Of a DNA stretch of 64,000 nucleotides, positions 18,398-27,691 are shown in pieces (the first letter of the stretch is position 1; each line of letters starts with the position of its first letter). The DNA is taken from NCBI GenBank assembly GCA_963842525.1, contig CAWJGT010000031.1, positions 1 through 64,000 on the forward strand. Direction: 5' to 3'. Origin of the DNA: an uncultured Holophagales bacterium. GTDB taxonomy: Bacteria > Acidobacteriota > Thermoanaerobaculia > Multivoradales > UBA5704. Made by a program: the position numbers and the translations under genes. Under the pieces are notes generated by a model. The model had not been told where the DNA came from. It saw only the letters and a list, made by a program, of their open reading frames with translations, and searched no databases.

Positions 18398-19864
18398 CTC
18401 GAACCGCAGGCCCTGGTCGTAGCGCGCCCGGAAGAGGAAGCGCAGGACGCGGCGGGCCAGCTCGGCGGTCGCCGCTTCTCGCTCCACAGCTTCCTGGAAG
18501 ATCTGGAGGGCGGCCAGGGCCTCGCGGTGCACACCCTTGGACTCGAAAATCTTCGGCAGCTCCCGGGTGAGCACCTTGACCTCCTGCGTGCGGTTTTCGT
18601 CGAGGAGCAGAGCGCCCTCTTCGAGCAGGGCCAGGGTCACGTCATAGAACATCTCCTCGGCCGCGAACCTCTCCCGCGCCTCGGCCAGCAGGCGGAGGGC
18701 CTCTTCGCGGCGGCCCAGACCGGCCAGGAGGCGCCCTTCAAGCCATGGGATTCTCGCGAGATCGAGCTTGCCCAGACCGTCAGGGCATCGGCGCACCTCC
18801 TCGACCAGCTCCGCAGCCTCGGCATAGCAGGCGGCGTGGACGAGATGGTTTCCGAGGTTGAGCCGCAGCATGTTCTTGAGCCGCGGATCGCTCCGGCGGT
18901 CCGCATGGGTTTCGGCTTCCCGCAGGGCGGCGATGGCGAGTTCGTGTTCGCCCATTGCATCGTAGGTGGTGCCCTTCATCATCAGGGCGCGTTCCGGAAA
19001 CCGGCTCACGGGAATAGCCTTATCGCAGCAGGAAATGGCCTCGGCGAACCGGCGCTGAGCCTTTCGCAGAGACCCCTCCAGGTCGAGTAGCCGCCCGGGA
19101 TCCAGAAGGCCGGCAGGGTCGGAGCCAGCGTGCCAGAGCCGCTTGGCCTCTTCGAGCCGGAAATCCGCGGCCTTCAGGTCCCCGCGAACTTTGAGCAGGT
19201 TCGCCCAATGAGCCAGAGCGTAGCCGCGGACGGGCCTGCGCCAGCCTTCCGGCCCCCGCACCCACTTGGCGATGCCCAGGGCCAGCCGAGCCCAGGCGGC
19301 CGACCGTTTCAGGTCGCGTGAGCCTTCCTCGACGGCGGCCTCGCAGCAGCTCTCGACCAGCGCCCAATTCTGATACTCCCGGTTCAGCCTCACCACGGCC
19401 AGCCGCGAGCGGGCATCCAGCCGCTTCAGCTCCGCAAACTGCTCCGCCGCCTGCCGGCGGCAGAGGCGAGCTTCGAAGGCATTCGGGTAGCCCTCCTCGA
19501 AGCGTACCTCGCGGGACCGCCGGAGCGCCGCGGTCAGGAGCTTCCGAAGGAGTCGCGAGCCGGCCAGCACCTCCTGCTCGATCGCAGCCAACTCCTCCTC
19601 GGTCAGGTCGGCCGCGCGGTCGAGGGCCTCCAGGGCCTCCAGGCACGCCGCAGCGATAGCGGCCGCAGCGCGTCCGCGCCGGAAGGCCGAGAGCAGCCGT
19701 TCATAGACCGGGTCGTCCAGCTCCGTCTTCCTCTTGCGGCCGAGGTAGTCGGCGACACTTTCCCGCCGCAGGCCCAGGAGGGCGCCGATCTCCTTGTGGC
19801 CCAGCCCGGCGACGAGCGTCAGGATGGACAGCACGAGCTGCCGGAACGTGAGCTTTCGCGCCAT
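18392..19864 (-). CDS. HTH plus TPR-repeat protein (copy 2)
   Basis: GAGGAGG before ATG 19864; HTH-like GLGHKEIGALLGLRRESVADYL; C-terminal ~350 aa nearly identical to copy 1. Confidence 0.8.
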   Translation of the reverse strand: MARKLTFRQLVLSILTLVAGLGHKEIGALLGLRRESVADYLGRKRKTELDDPVYERLLSAFRRGRAAAAIAAACLEALEALDRAADLTEEELAAIEQEVLAGSRLLRKLLTAALRRSREVRFEEGYPNAFEARLCRRQAAEQFAELKRLDARSRLAVVRLNREYQNWALVESCCEAAVEEGSRDLKRSAAWARLALGIAKWVRGPEGWRRPVRGYALAHWANLLKVRGDLKAADFRLEEAKRLWHAGSDPAGLLDPGRLLDLEGSLRKAQRRFAEAISCCDKAIPVSRFPERALMMKGTTYDAMGEHELAIAALREAETHADRRSDPRLKNMLRLNLGNHLVHAACYAEAAELVEEVRRCPDGLGKLDLARIPWLEGRLLAGLGRREEALRLLAEARERFAAEEMFYDVTLALLEEGALLLDENRTQEVKVLTRELPKIFESKGVHREALAALQIFQEAVEREAATAELARRVLRFLFRARYDQGLRFES

Positions 19865-20048
19865 GAAGAGACCTCCTCTGTCAGCACCTTCAAAAGAACA
19901 GGTGCTTTCCTGCGGCGAGACGGGACACGGCAGGACGCGATTCCCCCCTTGGCGATCATCACAGAGACGCGAGGACTTTTCTCTCCCCGCAACTTCGGGG
20001 GTTCTCTTGGTGTCTCGGCCGAGCCCGCATCGCCGACAATCGCCCGCC

Positions 20049-20291
20049 ATGGACACCTGGCTGGAGATGACCGGCAAGCTGCTGAGAGAGCAGGCAAGCC
20101 GCGCCCATCCCGACGAGCGCGACCTGGAGCGCTTCCTGCGGGGGGAAACGAGCAAGGCGGAGCGGATGCGGGGCGTCCGCCATCTCCTGATGGGCTGTCC
20201 GGAGTGTGTCGCGGTGACCCGCCCGATCTGGGGCCTGGCGGACCGCCCGCGCACCAACCGGCTCGATCCGGAGGATGCTCTGCGTGGCTGA
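20049..20291 (+). CDS. Small zf-HC2-like zinc-finger protein
   Basis: HPDERDLERFLRGE...VRHLLMGCPEC resembles the anti-sigma zinc-finger N-terminus. Confidence 0.6.
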   Translation: MDTWLEMTGKLLREQASRAHPDERDLERFLRGETSKAERMRGVRHLLMGCPECVAVTRPIWGLADRPRTNRLDPEDALRG

Positions 20292-20517
20292 GAGGCGAGG
20301 AGGGAAGCATCCAAAGGCAGGGGATCTGCGGGAGATGCTGCGGGCTCTGCCGGTCCCCGACGCGGGTTTCGTCCTCCACCTGCTGAACTGCCAACGTTGC
20401 GCCGAGATCGCCCGCAAGGCGCTGGCGCCGAAGCCCATCCGCCGGCGTCGCCCCTCATGCAAGACGTCTTCAATCTCTTTCGGGCCGCCGTCGAGGGGCG
20501 GGTCGCCGGGTGGCTAA
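20284..20517 (+). CDS. Small zf-HC2-like zinc-finger protein
   Basis: KHP...VLHLLNCQRC (HxxxCxxC); GTG overlaps the upstream gene end. Confidence 0.5.
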   Translation: MAERRGGKHPKAGDLREMLRALPVPDAGFVLHLLNCQRCAEIARKALAPKPIRRRRPSCKTSSISFGPPSRGGSPGG

Positions 20518-20551
20518 CTAAACGACAACGCAGAAAGGAACGAGCCATGAA

Positions 20552-20599
20552 CTCCCCCTCTCCCAGGGGGGCGATGGGAGAGGGGGACAGGGGGTGAGG
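20552..20599 (-). repeat. REP-like palindromic repeat
   Basis: Reverse copy immediately after the stop codon of the baeRF-like gene. Confidence 0.75.
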
Positions 20600-21763
20600 T
20601 CAATACCGGAAGATCGCCGCCGCCGCGTACCCCTCCGGCACGTCCTGCTGCTCCACCGCGAAGACCTTGCCACCATGGACGAAGGTCTGGACCGCCGCGA
20701 GGTCGAGCAGGTCCTGGCTGCCGTTTTGTTGGGCCGACTGCTCCCCCTGGAGCTTCACCGTGCGCTCGGTCGCGTCGTAGCCCCCCCAGAAGCGGACGCC
20801 GCGGGCGGTGAACAGGGTGTCGACCCGTCCGTCGTGCGCCGCGGGCAGGATCTCCTCGATCTGGTGCGTGGCGCGGCCGGTCCCCTGGAGATCGCCAAAG
20901 CGCTCGACCGCCCGCTGGCGGTCCTGCTGGAACAAGAGCTCCACGATCTCCCAGGCCTTGGCGTGCAGCTCCTCCGCGCTCAGGCCGTCCGCGTTGCCGG
21001 TGAGTCCCTCGTCCAGGACGTTCGGCAGCTTCGTGGCCTCCTGGAAGCGGGGCAGCAGATACTCGACCCCGGCCAGCACGAATGGAGCGTCGCGGTCGAT
21101 ATCGATCGCCAGATGGGAGAGGCCGTCGTCGACGATCTGGAAGTATTTGAGGATCTCGGCCTTGAGGTTGTCCTCCCCGGTGCCGTGGCCGTGGAAGATC
21201 GGCGACCGCGCCACGGTCCTGGGAGAAGCGAAGGCCTGGGCCTGCGTTTGGCGCCGGGTCAGCTCCCCCATGGCCTCGGTGAAGCTGCGCGGGATGTCCC
21301 CGAGGTCGACCTCCTGGACGCTGTAGCGGTAGCAGGAGAGCAGCCGGATGTTCTTCTGGCTGAGGCAGAGGATGTAGAAATGACCGTCGCCGCTGAAGAG
21401 CGGAAAGAGCGGCTTCAGGTGGAAACGGCTCTCCACGACCGCCAGCTCCCGCAGGGCGAGGGGAAGCTGGAAGGTCTGGAAGAGGTCCGTGGAACGGAAG
21501 AGGGCGAGCCCCTCGTTCTGATGCTCCCAGAAGGTCTGGTCGTCGAGCAGGCCCTTGACGGGCTCCAGCAGGGTGCCAGCCTTCCCGTTGCGCAGACCCC
21601 AGTCCTCCTCCAGCCGCTCCTGAGCCGAGCGGAGAAGGTTTTTCAAGCGGATCGGATTCTGCTGCGTGTCTCCGACGCGCACGGTCGGCATGAAGAGAGA
21701 AACGCAGGGTCCGCCGGTGTTCTGGATCAGGGTCTGGATCTCGTTCTGGGATATCAGATTCAT
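20600..21763 (-). CDS. Bacterial archaeo-eukaryotic release factor-like (baeRF family 3/7-type) protein
   Basis: GPCVSLFMPT, NPIRLKNL, GLALF, FHLKPL, AAHDGRVDTL, AAAIFRY C-terminus; GGAGG upstream. Confidence 0.8.
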   Translation of the reverse strand: MNLISQNEIQTLIQNTGGPCVSLFMPTVRVGDTQQNPIRLKNLLRSAQERLEEDWGLRNGKAGTLLEPVKGLLDDQTFWEHQNEGLALFRSTDLFQTFQLPLALRELAVVESRFHLKPLFPLFSGDGHFYILCLSQKNIRLLSCYRYSVQEVDLGDIPRSFTEAMGELTRRQTQAQAFASPRTVARSPIFHGHGTGEDNLKAEILKYFQIVDDGLSHLAIDIDRDAPFVLAGVEYLLPRFQEATKLPNVLDEGLTGNADGLSAEELHAKAWEIVELLFQQDRQRAVERFGDLQGTGRATHQIEEILPAAHDGRVDTLFTARGVRFWGGYDATERTVKLQGEQSAQQNGSQDLLDLAAVQTFVHGGKVFAVEQQDVPEGYAAAAIFRY

Positions 21764-21819
21764 GCAGGTACCTCCTGTTTGCGGCTCCCGGGGGGGACCG
21801 GGAGTCACCAAGAGGTTCC

Positions 21820-21835
21820 AGCAAGCGGCGTGCCG
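21820..21835 (-). promoter_or_regulatory. Putative sigma54 (-24/-12) promoter for the baeRF-like gene
   Basis: Minus strand CGGCACGCCGCTTGCT is GG-N10-GC and close to the TGGCACG-N4-TTGCW consensus. Confidence 0.65.
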
Positions 21836-21898
21836 TGGGCCATCAGGCGAGGATGAAATGTTTCTTCCCTCGCGGTCACTCACGGATAGAAGAGGACT

Positions 21899-22025
21899 CC
21901 GGACTCGCTCCCAGGGCGTGGGACGCGAGGCCGGACGGGAGGACGGCGGCCACCACCGGCGTCTTCCCACCTCGGTCTCCTCCACGGGGAGGGCGTCTCC
22001 CACCGACGCGCCTCCCCCTTTTTTT
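21899..22025 (+). ncRNA. Putative structured sRNA (two stem-loops, CUCCUCC linker, intrinsic terminator)
   Basis: Stems at 21899-21934 and 21937-21968; terminator stem 21986-22017 followed by T7; no credible plus-strand CDS feeds this terminator. Confidence 0.45.
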
Positions 22026-22070
22026 GTCCTCGAAAATCCCTGAAATGCTTTGACGCGGGAAGACACATAG

Positions 22071-22134
22071 GGTTGGGACCAGAAACCTCCCAACCTCCTC
22101 GAAGGGGAGGGGCAAAGACCCCTCCCCCTTTTTT
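22071..22134 (+). ncRNA. Second putative short sRNA or terminator unit
   Basis: GGTTGGGA/TCCCAACC stem, then GGGGAGGGG/CCCCTCCCC stem plus T6. Confidence 0.35.
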
Positions 22135-22147
22135 ATCTCTGGCGCAT

Positions 22148-23014
22148 TTATCTCTGGCGCAAAGCGGGCAGGGCGCGGAGCGCGCCGCCGCCGAGCTTCC
22201 GGACGGCATAGACGGCGAAGAGCAGAAGCGCACCCAGCAGGATGATCGCCGGGCCCGAGGGGAGATCGTAGAGATAGGACAGCGCCAGGCCCCCCAAGGT
22301 GATCCCCACGCCCACCAGCACCGAGACGACGAGGACGCTCCGCAGGTCCTTGACCAGCATCAACCCGATCACCGGCGGGATGGTCAGCAGCGCCACCACC
22401 AGGATGATCCCCACCACCTGGATCAGGATCACCACCGAGAGGGCGATCATGGTCAGCAGCAGCGACATCAGCAGGCGGACCGGCACCCCCTGCACCCGGG
22501 CGAAGACCTCGTCGAAGGCGACCGCCACGATCCCCTTCCAGAAGAGGGCGAGGATCAGCAGCACCGCCATGGCGAGGCCCAGCAGCACCCAGACCTCGCG
22601 GCGCGACACCAGCAGGATGTTGCCGAACAGGTAGGTCATCAGGTTGGGGGCGTAGCCCGGCGTCTTGTAGACGAAGACGATCCCCACCGCCATCCCCACG
22701 GCCCAGATCACCCCGATCATCGCGTCATAGGAACGGATCGTCTCGGTATCCAGCAGGCCAAGGGTCATGGCACAGGCCAGGGCCACCCCGACCGCGCCGA
22801 GCAGGGGATCGGCCCCCAGGAAATAGCAGACGCCCATGCCGCCGAAGGCCGCGTGGCTGATGCCGTCGGAGAGGAAGGCGAGGCGCTTGACCACCACGAA
22901 GGTGCCGACGACGCCGCAGAGCACGGCCGCCACCAGCCCGGCCAGCAGGGCGTTGCGCAGAAAGTCGTAGGACAGGGCGTCGAGCAGGCCGGGCATGTGA
23001 GGCATGGGAGCCAT
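22148..23014 (-). CDS. znuB: Zn/Mn ABC transporter permease (ZnuB-like)
   Basis: GTFVVVKRLAFLSDGISHAAFGG, YLFGNIL, QVVGIILVVALL. Confidence 0.88.
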   Translation of the reverse strand: MAPMPHMPGLLDALSYDFLRNALLAGLVAAVLCGVVGTFVVVKRLAFLSDGISHAAFGGMGVCYFLGADPLLGAVGVALACAMTLGLLDTETIRSYDAMIGVIWAVGMAVGIVFVYKTPGYAPNLMTYLFGNILLVSRREVWVLLGLAMAVLLILALFWKGIVAVAFDEVFARVQGVPVRLLMSLLLTMIALSVVILIQVVGIILVVALLTIPPVIGLMLVKDLRSVLVVSVLVGVGITLGGLALSYLYDLPSGPAIILLGALLLFAVYAVRKLGGGALRALPALRQR

Positions 23015-23024
23015 GTGCGGGGCC

Positions 23025-23790
23025 TCAGGAGTGGTGGTGGAGCACCCGGTGCGCCACGCCGTGGGTCACCAGCTCGATCGGGCAGCCGTAAACCTCTTCC
23101 AGGATGTCCTGGTCGAGCTCGTTGCTGCCGTGCACGTAGAGCCGCCGGTTGATGCAGGCGATCCGCTTCACCATTGGGGCGACCGAGGTCACGTCATGGG
23201 TGACGACGACGATCGGGATGCGCTCGGTTGAGCTCCTCGAGAAGCCCGCGGAGCGTGCCGCGCGATTCGGCGTCGATCGAGGCCGTGGGCTCGTCGAGGA
23301 AGAGGACCTCCGGGTCGGACACCAGGGCGCGGGCGATGAGCACCCGCTGGAGCTGGCCGCCGGAGATCTCGCGGATGTGGGCGCCGGCCAGACCCGCGAG
23401 GCCGAGGCGCTCCAGGGCCTCGCCGGCCCGGCGCCGGTCCTCCCGGCTGTACGGCAGGAGCAGGCTGCGGCCGCCGAGCCGGCCCATCCGCACCACGTCG
23501 GCCACCCGCAGCGGGAAGTCCTTGTCGAAGGTCGAGAACTGCGGCACGTAGCCGAGCCGGCGCTTCGACAGGCGGTAGATCACCTCGCCGGACCAGGGGC
23601 GAAGGAGGCCGAGAAGGATCTTGACCAGGGTGGTCTTGCCGCCGCCGTTGGGGCCGATGATGGCCAGGAAGTCGCAGGGGAGGATCTCCAGGTCCACGTC
23701 CTGCAGCACCGTCTCGCGGCCGTAGCCGAAGGTGATGCCGCGCACAGCGATCCGCGGGCGCTCGTCGGAGAGGCGCAGGGTCTCAGGCAT
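23025..23790 (-). CDS. znuC: Zn/Mn ABC ATP-binding protein (ZnuC-like), frameshift near 23225
   Basis: GPNGGGKT, ISGGQ, FLDEPT; continues in another frame as IPIVVVTHD...RVLHHHS*. Confidence 0.8.
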
Positions 23791-24673
23791 GGGAAAAGGC
23801 CTCGTGGAGGGCCGCCGCGACCCGGCGGAGATTGGCTGTCCAATCCCGCTCCAGCGGATCGGCGAGGACCAGCCGGCCGCCGACCTCGTCGGCGATCACC
23901 TGGGCACTCTTGCGGGGAAAACCGCCCTGGACGAAAAGAATTTTCACTCCATCGTGCCGCGCATGGTCGATCAGGTGGATCAGCCGCGCCGCGCTCGGCT
24001 CCTTCCCCTCCGCCTCGATGGCGATCTGCTCCAGGCCATATTCGCGGGCAAAGTAGCCCCAGGAGGGGTGATAGACCATAAATTTGCGGTGCCCACGACC
24101 GGATAGCAACGTCCGGAGGTCCCGGTCCAGCCGGTCGATCTCGGCCAGGAATCCCTGAAGGTTGGCCCGGTAGGTCGAGGCGTGAGCAGGGTCCGCCTCT
24201 GCCAGGGCCTGGGCGATGTTCCTCGCCGCGACACGGACCGTCTCGGGCGCCACCCAGACGTGCGGATCGCCCTCGCCGTGGCCATTGCCATGGCCATGCC
24301 CGTGCCCCCCTCCTTCCAGCGGACGGACGCCGCGCGACATGTCAACGACCCGAATCCCGGGCGAGCGCGCCAGGAAGGGACGGATGTACTGCCGCTCATA
24401 CTCGAAGGACGGATGGCCCACGGCCACGTAGAGCTGGGCTCCGCTGAGCGCCATGGCGGCCCGGGGGGTAAGAGGAAAGTCCACCTCCGAATAGCCCGGC
24501 GGGATCATCACCGTGACGTCGACGAGATCGCCGCCGATCCGCTCGACGAAGTAGGCCTGCGGCGGCACGCTCACCGCCACTTTCAGGCGGCCGGAGCGGG
24601 CCGGCTCGGGCACAGTGCGGCAGGACGCCAGCCCCATGATCAGGAGAAAGATCACCCCGCGCATTCGGCGCAC
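23783..24673 (-). CDS. znuA: Zn ABC substrate-binding lipoprotein (ZnuA-like)
   Basis: LASC lipobox, His-rich loop, DPHVW, YHPSWGYF; start uncertain. Confidence 0.88.
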   Translation of the reverse strand: MRRMRGVIFLLIMGLASCRTVPEPARSGRLKVAVSVPPQAYFVERIGGDLVDVTVMIPPGYSEVDFPLTPRAAMALSGAQLYVAVGHPSFEYERQYIRPFLARSPGIRVVDMSRGVRPLEGGGHGHGHGNGHGEGDPHVWVAPETVRVAARNIAQALAEADPAHASTYRANLQGFLAEIDRLDRDLRTLLSGRGHRKFMVYHPSWGYFAREYGLEQIAIEAEGKEPSAARLIHLIDHARHDGVKILFVQGGFPRKSAQVIADEVGGRLVLADPLERDWTANLRRVAAALHEAFSHA

Positions 24674-25023
24674 CGCCCGTACAGAACGACCTCGTGCGCC
24701 TCGAGCGCGAAGCCCGGCGGAGTCAGGCCGTGCAGCCCGTCCGGACAGCCTTCGATCTCGTAGACGCGGTCACAGACCCGGCAATGGAAATGGTGGTGGT
24801 GCTGTTTGCCGGTCGGCTCGTAGCGCGGCGCCTCGCCCGGCAGGTCGACCTGCCGCAGCCAGCCCCCCTCGACGCCCCCTTTCAGGGTGCGGTAAACCGT
24901 GGCGATGCCGAGCCCCGGCGAGTGAGGCCCCGCCTGGTCCAGCACCTCCCGCGGCGAGAGCGGCCGGCTCGCCCACTCGATGGCGGACCGGATGGCCCGC
25001 CGCTGTTGTGTGTCCCGTTCCAT
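24652..25023 (-). CDS. Fur-family (Zur-like) regulator
   Basis: IATVYRTL, HHHHFHCRVC, YGRCAEC. Confidence 0.9.
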   Translation of the reverse strand: MERDTQQRRAIRSAIEWASRPLSPREVLDQAGPHSPGLGIATVYRTLKGGVEGGWLRQVDLPGEAPRYEPTGKQHHHHFHCRVCDRVYEIEGCPDGLHGLTPPGFALEAHEVVLYGRCAECAG

Positions 25024-25036
25024 GGGAAGACCTCAA

Positions 25037-25054
25037 ATGATAACGCCCTATCAA
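25037..25054. promoter_or_regulatory. Candidate Fur-family operator
   Basis: Inverted repeat TGATA-ACGCCC-TATCA just upstream of the regulator; spacer is 1 nt longer than the canonical Fur box. Confidence 0.45.
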
Positions 25055-25124
25055 TATCACAAACTGCGAGCGGAGGAGCGGCATTCCCGGCCGGGCCCCG
25101 CCAAAGTCCCTATAATCCAGGACC

Positions 25125-25577
25125 ATGACGACACCGCAACAGCGCATCGAAGCCGAGGTGAAGGCCGCCATGAAGGCGGGGGAGAAGGAGCGGCTTGGCA
25201 CGCTGCGGATGCTCCTGACCGAGATCAAGAACGAGCGCATCCGGCGCGGCAGCGAGGTGGACGAGGCCGGATTCGTCAGCCTGGTCCGCAAGGCGATCAA
25301 GCAGCGGGAGGAGTCCGTGGCCCAGTTCCGCAAGGGCAACCGCGAGGAGCTGGCCGCCAAGGAAGAGTCCGAGAAGGCGATCCTCGAAGGATTCCTGCCC
25401 GCCCAGGTCGACGAGGCGCAGATCCGCGCCGCGGTCGAGGAGATGGTGGCCGCGGGCGGGCTGTCCGGCCCCGCCGCGATCGGCCCGATCATGAAGGAGA
25501 TGCTGGCCCGCTTCGGCAGCTCGGCCGACGGCGCCACCATCAACCGGATCGCGCGCGAGGCCCTCGCGGGCAAGTGA
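25125..25577 (+). CDS. GatB/YqeY domain protein
   Basis: [32 protein letters not shown]; TATAAT upstream. Confidence 0.88.
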   Translation: MTTPQQRIEAEVKAAMKAGEKERLGTLRMLLTEIKNERIRRGSEVDEAGFVSLVRKAIKQREESVAQFRKGNREELAAKEESEKAILEGFLPAQVDEAQIRAAVEEMVAAGGLSGPAAIGPIMKEMLARFGSSADGATINRIAREALAGK

Positions 25578-27499
25578 TGCGCCGCGCCATCGTCGGCACC
25601 GCCGGCCACATCGACCACGGCAAGACGAGCCTGGTCCTCGCCCTCACCGGGATCGACTGCGACCGCTGGGCCGAGGAGAAGGAGCGCGGCATCACGATCG
25701 ACCTCGGGTTCGCCCACCTCTCCGAGGGCGACCTGCAGGTCGGGTTCATCGACGTCCCCGGGCACGAGCGCTTCCTCCACAACGCGCTGGCCGGCCTAGG
25801 CGGCATCCGCGTCCTGCTGCTCGTCGTGGCGGCCGACGAGGGCGTCAAGCCGCAGACGCGCGAGCACCTGGCGGTCTGCTCGTTGCTCGGCATCCCCGCC
25901 GGGCTGGTGGCCCTCACCAAGACCGACCTGGTCTCGGCGGACCTCCTGGAGCTGGCCCAGCTCGAGGTCGAGGAGCTGCTCGCCGGCACCCCGTTCGCGG
26001 GAGCGCCCGTGCTGCCGGTGTCGAGCACCACGGGCCAAGGGATTCCGGAGCTCAAGGCCGCGCTCCTCGACCTGGCCGGCAGCCATGCCACGCCGCCCGA
26101 TCCGGACCGGCCGGCACGGCTGCCCATCGACCGCGCCTTCCACCTCCGCGGTCTGGGGGTGGTAGTGACGGGCACGCTCGCCAGCGGCATGGTCCGTCCG
26201 GGAGACAGCCTGGAGCTGCAGCCGCCCCCGCCCGGCAGCGAGCGGGTGCGGGTGCGCAGCATCCAAGTGCACGGCCAGGCGCGAGAGCGGGCCGATGCGG
26301 GCGAGCGCACCTCGCTCCAGATCAGCGGTGTGGCCCTGGAGGACCTCGGCCGCGGTATGCAGCTCGGCACGCCAGGGGCCTTCGACCGCACGACGAGCCT
26401 CCTTGCTCGCTTCACCCTGCTGCCGGATGCCCCGGCACCCATCCGAGGCTTCGTGCCGGTCCGCCTCCACCTCTACGCGAACGAGGTGATCGGCCGTCTG
26501 CGCCCGCTCGCCGAAGGCGGGCTTGCACCGGGGGAGACCGGGCCTGTGGAGATCCGCCTGCAGGCGCCGGTCTCGGCCGTGCGCGGCGACCGCCTCATCG
26601 TGCGCCGCCCGTCCCCCGCCACCACGCTGGGGGGCGGCGAGGTCCTCGACCCGCGCTGGCGACGGCACCGGGGGACGCTGCTGGCAGCGGCCCTCCGGGC
26701 GCTCCAGGGGGAGCTGCGGGACGCCCTCCCCTTCTGGGTTCAGGAGGCCGGCGAGCGCGGCGTCGAAGCCCCTGAGCTGGCCCTCCGGCTCGGCCTTCCG
26801 GCTGCACCCGTGGCCGCGGAGCTGGGCAAGCTGGCGCGCGCCCACAAGCTGGTGGAGGTCCCCGAAGGCCCCGGCCGCGGCACGCGGTGGATCTCCCCGG
26901 CCGCGGTGCAGCGCGTCACCGAAAGGGCGAAGCGGGTGCTCAAGGAATACTTCCAGAAGGACCGCCTCGCCGAAGCCATGCCCAAGGCGGAGGCGGTGCG
27001 CCGCATCCTGCGCGGCCGGGCCGCCGAGCTGGCGCCGGTCTACCTCGGCTGGCTGGAGGCCCAGAAGGTGCTCGCCGTCCAGGGCGACCAGATCACCCTC
27101 CCCGGCCGCAGCGCCCAGCTCACGGGCGAGGAGTCGAAGCTCTCCACCGCCGTGCTGGAGCGTTTCGAAAAAGCGGGCCTGACGCCACCCGCGCCGAGCG
27201 AGCTGCAGCAGGAGCTGTCGGCCAAGCCGCAGATCCTGGACGGCGTGGTCCGGCACCTGGTGACCCGCGGCCAGCTCGTCCGCCTGCCGAACGGCCTGGT
27301 GCTCGCCGCCAAGGCCCTGACCGACCTGCGCCGCGACCTCCTGACCACCTCGTGGGAGCGCTTCTCGGTCGCCGACTTCAAGGACCGCTACGGTCTCAGC
27401 AGGAAGTGGGCGATCCCGCTCCTGGAGCAGCTCGACTCCCTGGGAGCCACCCGGCGGCTGGGAGACGAGCGTATGATCGTCCGCGAGCGGTCGGTTTGA
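25577..27499 (+). CDS. selB: Selenocysteine-specific elongation factor
   Basis: [27 protein letters not shown]-terminal winged helix [15 protein letters not shown]. Confidence 0.93.
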   Translation: MRRAIVGTAGHIDHGKTSLVLALTGIDCDRWAEEKERGITIDLGFAHLSEGDLQVGFIDVPGHERFLHNALAGLGGIRVLLLVVAADEGVKPQTREHLAVCSLLGIPAGLVALTKTDLVSADLLELAQLEVEELLAGTPFAGAPVLPVSSTTGQGIPELKAALLDLAGSHATPPDPDRPARLPIDRAFHLRGLGVVVTGTLASGMVRPGDSLELQPPPPGSERVRVRSIQVHGQARERADAGERTSLQISGVALEDLGRGMQLGTPGAFDRTTSLLARFTLLPDAPAPIRGFVPVRLHLYANEVIGRLRPLAEGGLAPGETGPVEIRLQAPVSAVRGDRLIVRRPSPATTLGGGEVLDPRWRRHRGTLLAAALRALQGELRDALPFWVQEAGERGVEAPELALRLGLPAAPVAAELGKLARAHKLVEVPEGPGRGTRWISPAAVQRVTERAKRVLKEYFQKDRLAEAMPKAEAVRRILRGRAAELAPVYLGWLEAQKVLAVQGDQITLPGRSAQLTGEESKLSTAVLERFEKAGLTPPAPSELQQELSAKPQILDGVVRHLVTRGQLVRLPNGLVLAAKALTDLRRDLLTTSWERFSVADFKDRYGLSRKWAIPLLEQLDSLGATRRLGDERMIVRERSV

Positions 27500-27691
27500 G
27501 GGGACGCCTCGTCCTCTGCCGAGGACGGCACCGAGCTTCTCGTCCGGTCGTCCCCTGAAACCGTAAAGCCCTGTGGAAACAAGGAATTCGCCACACTTTT
27601 CCCACGTTGGCTCAAGTGGGGGGACCCCTGGTCCGCCCTTTGCTCTCTAGGAAGCTTCGTGAAGATCCGAGAGAAAAAGGAGGAGCATCAC

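Larger units (their letters stand above)
16620..19450. repeat. Direct duplication of about 1.06 kb (16620-~17678 and 18392-~19450, offset 1772)
   Basis: Near base-for-base identity visible in the DNA and in duplicated shadow ORFs. Confidence 0.9.

Noticed and set aside
18392-20548. 718-aa version of HTH-TPR copy 2
   Set aside because: Strong SD and ATG at 19864; the upstream extension is antisense to the zinc-finger ORFs and compositionally non-coding
25577-27560. Selenoprotein, SECIS or selC near selB
   Set aside because: No in-frame TGA gene or tRNA-Sec cloverleaf recognised; the downstream hairpin is unremarkable
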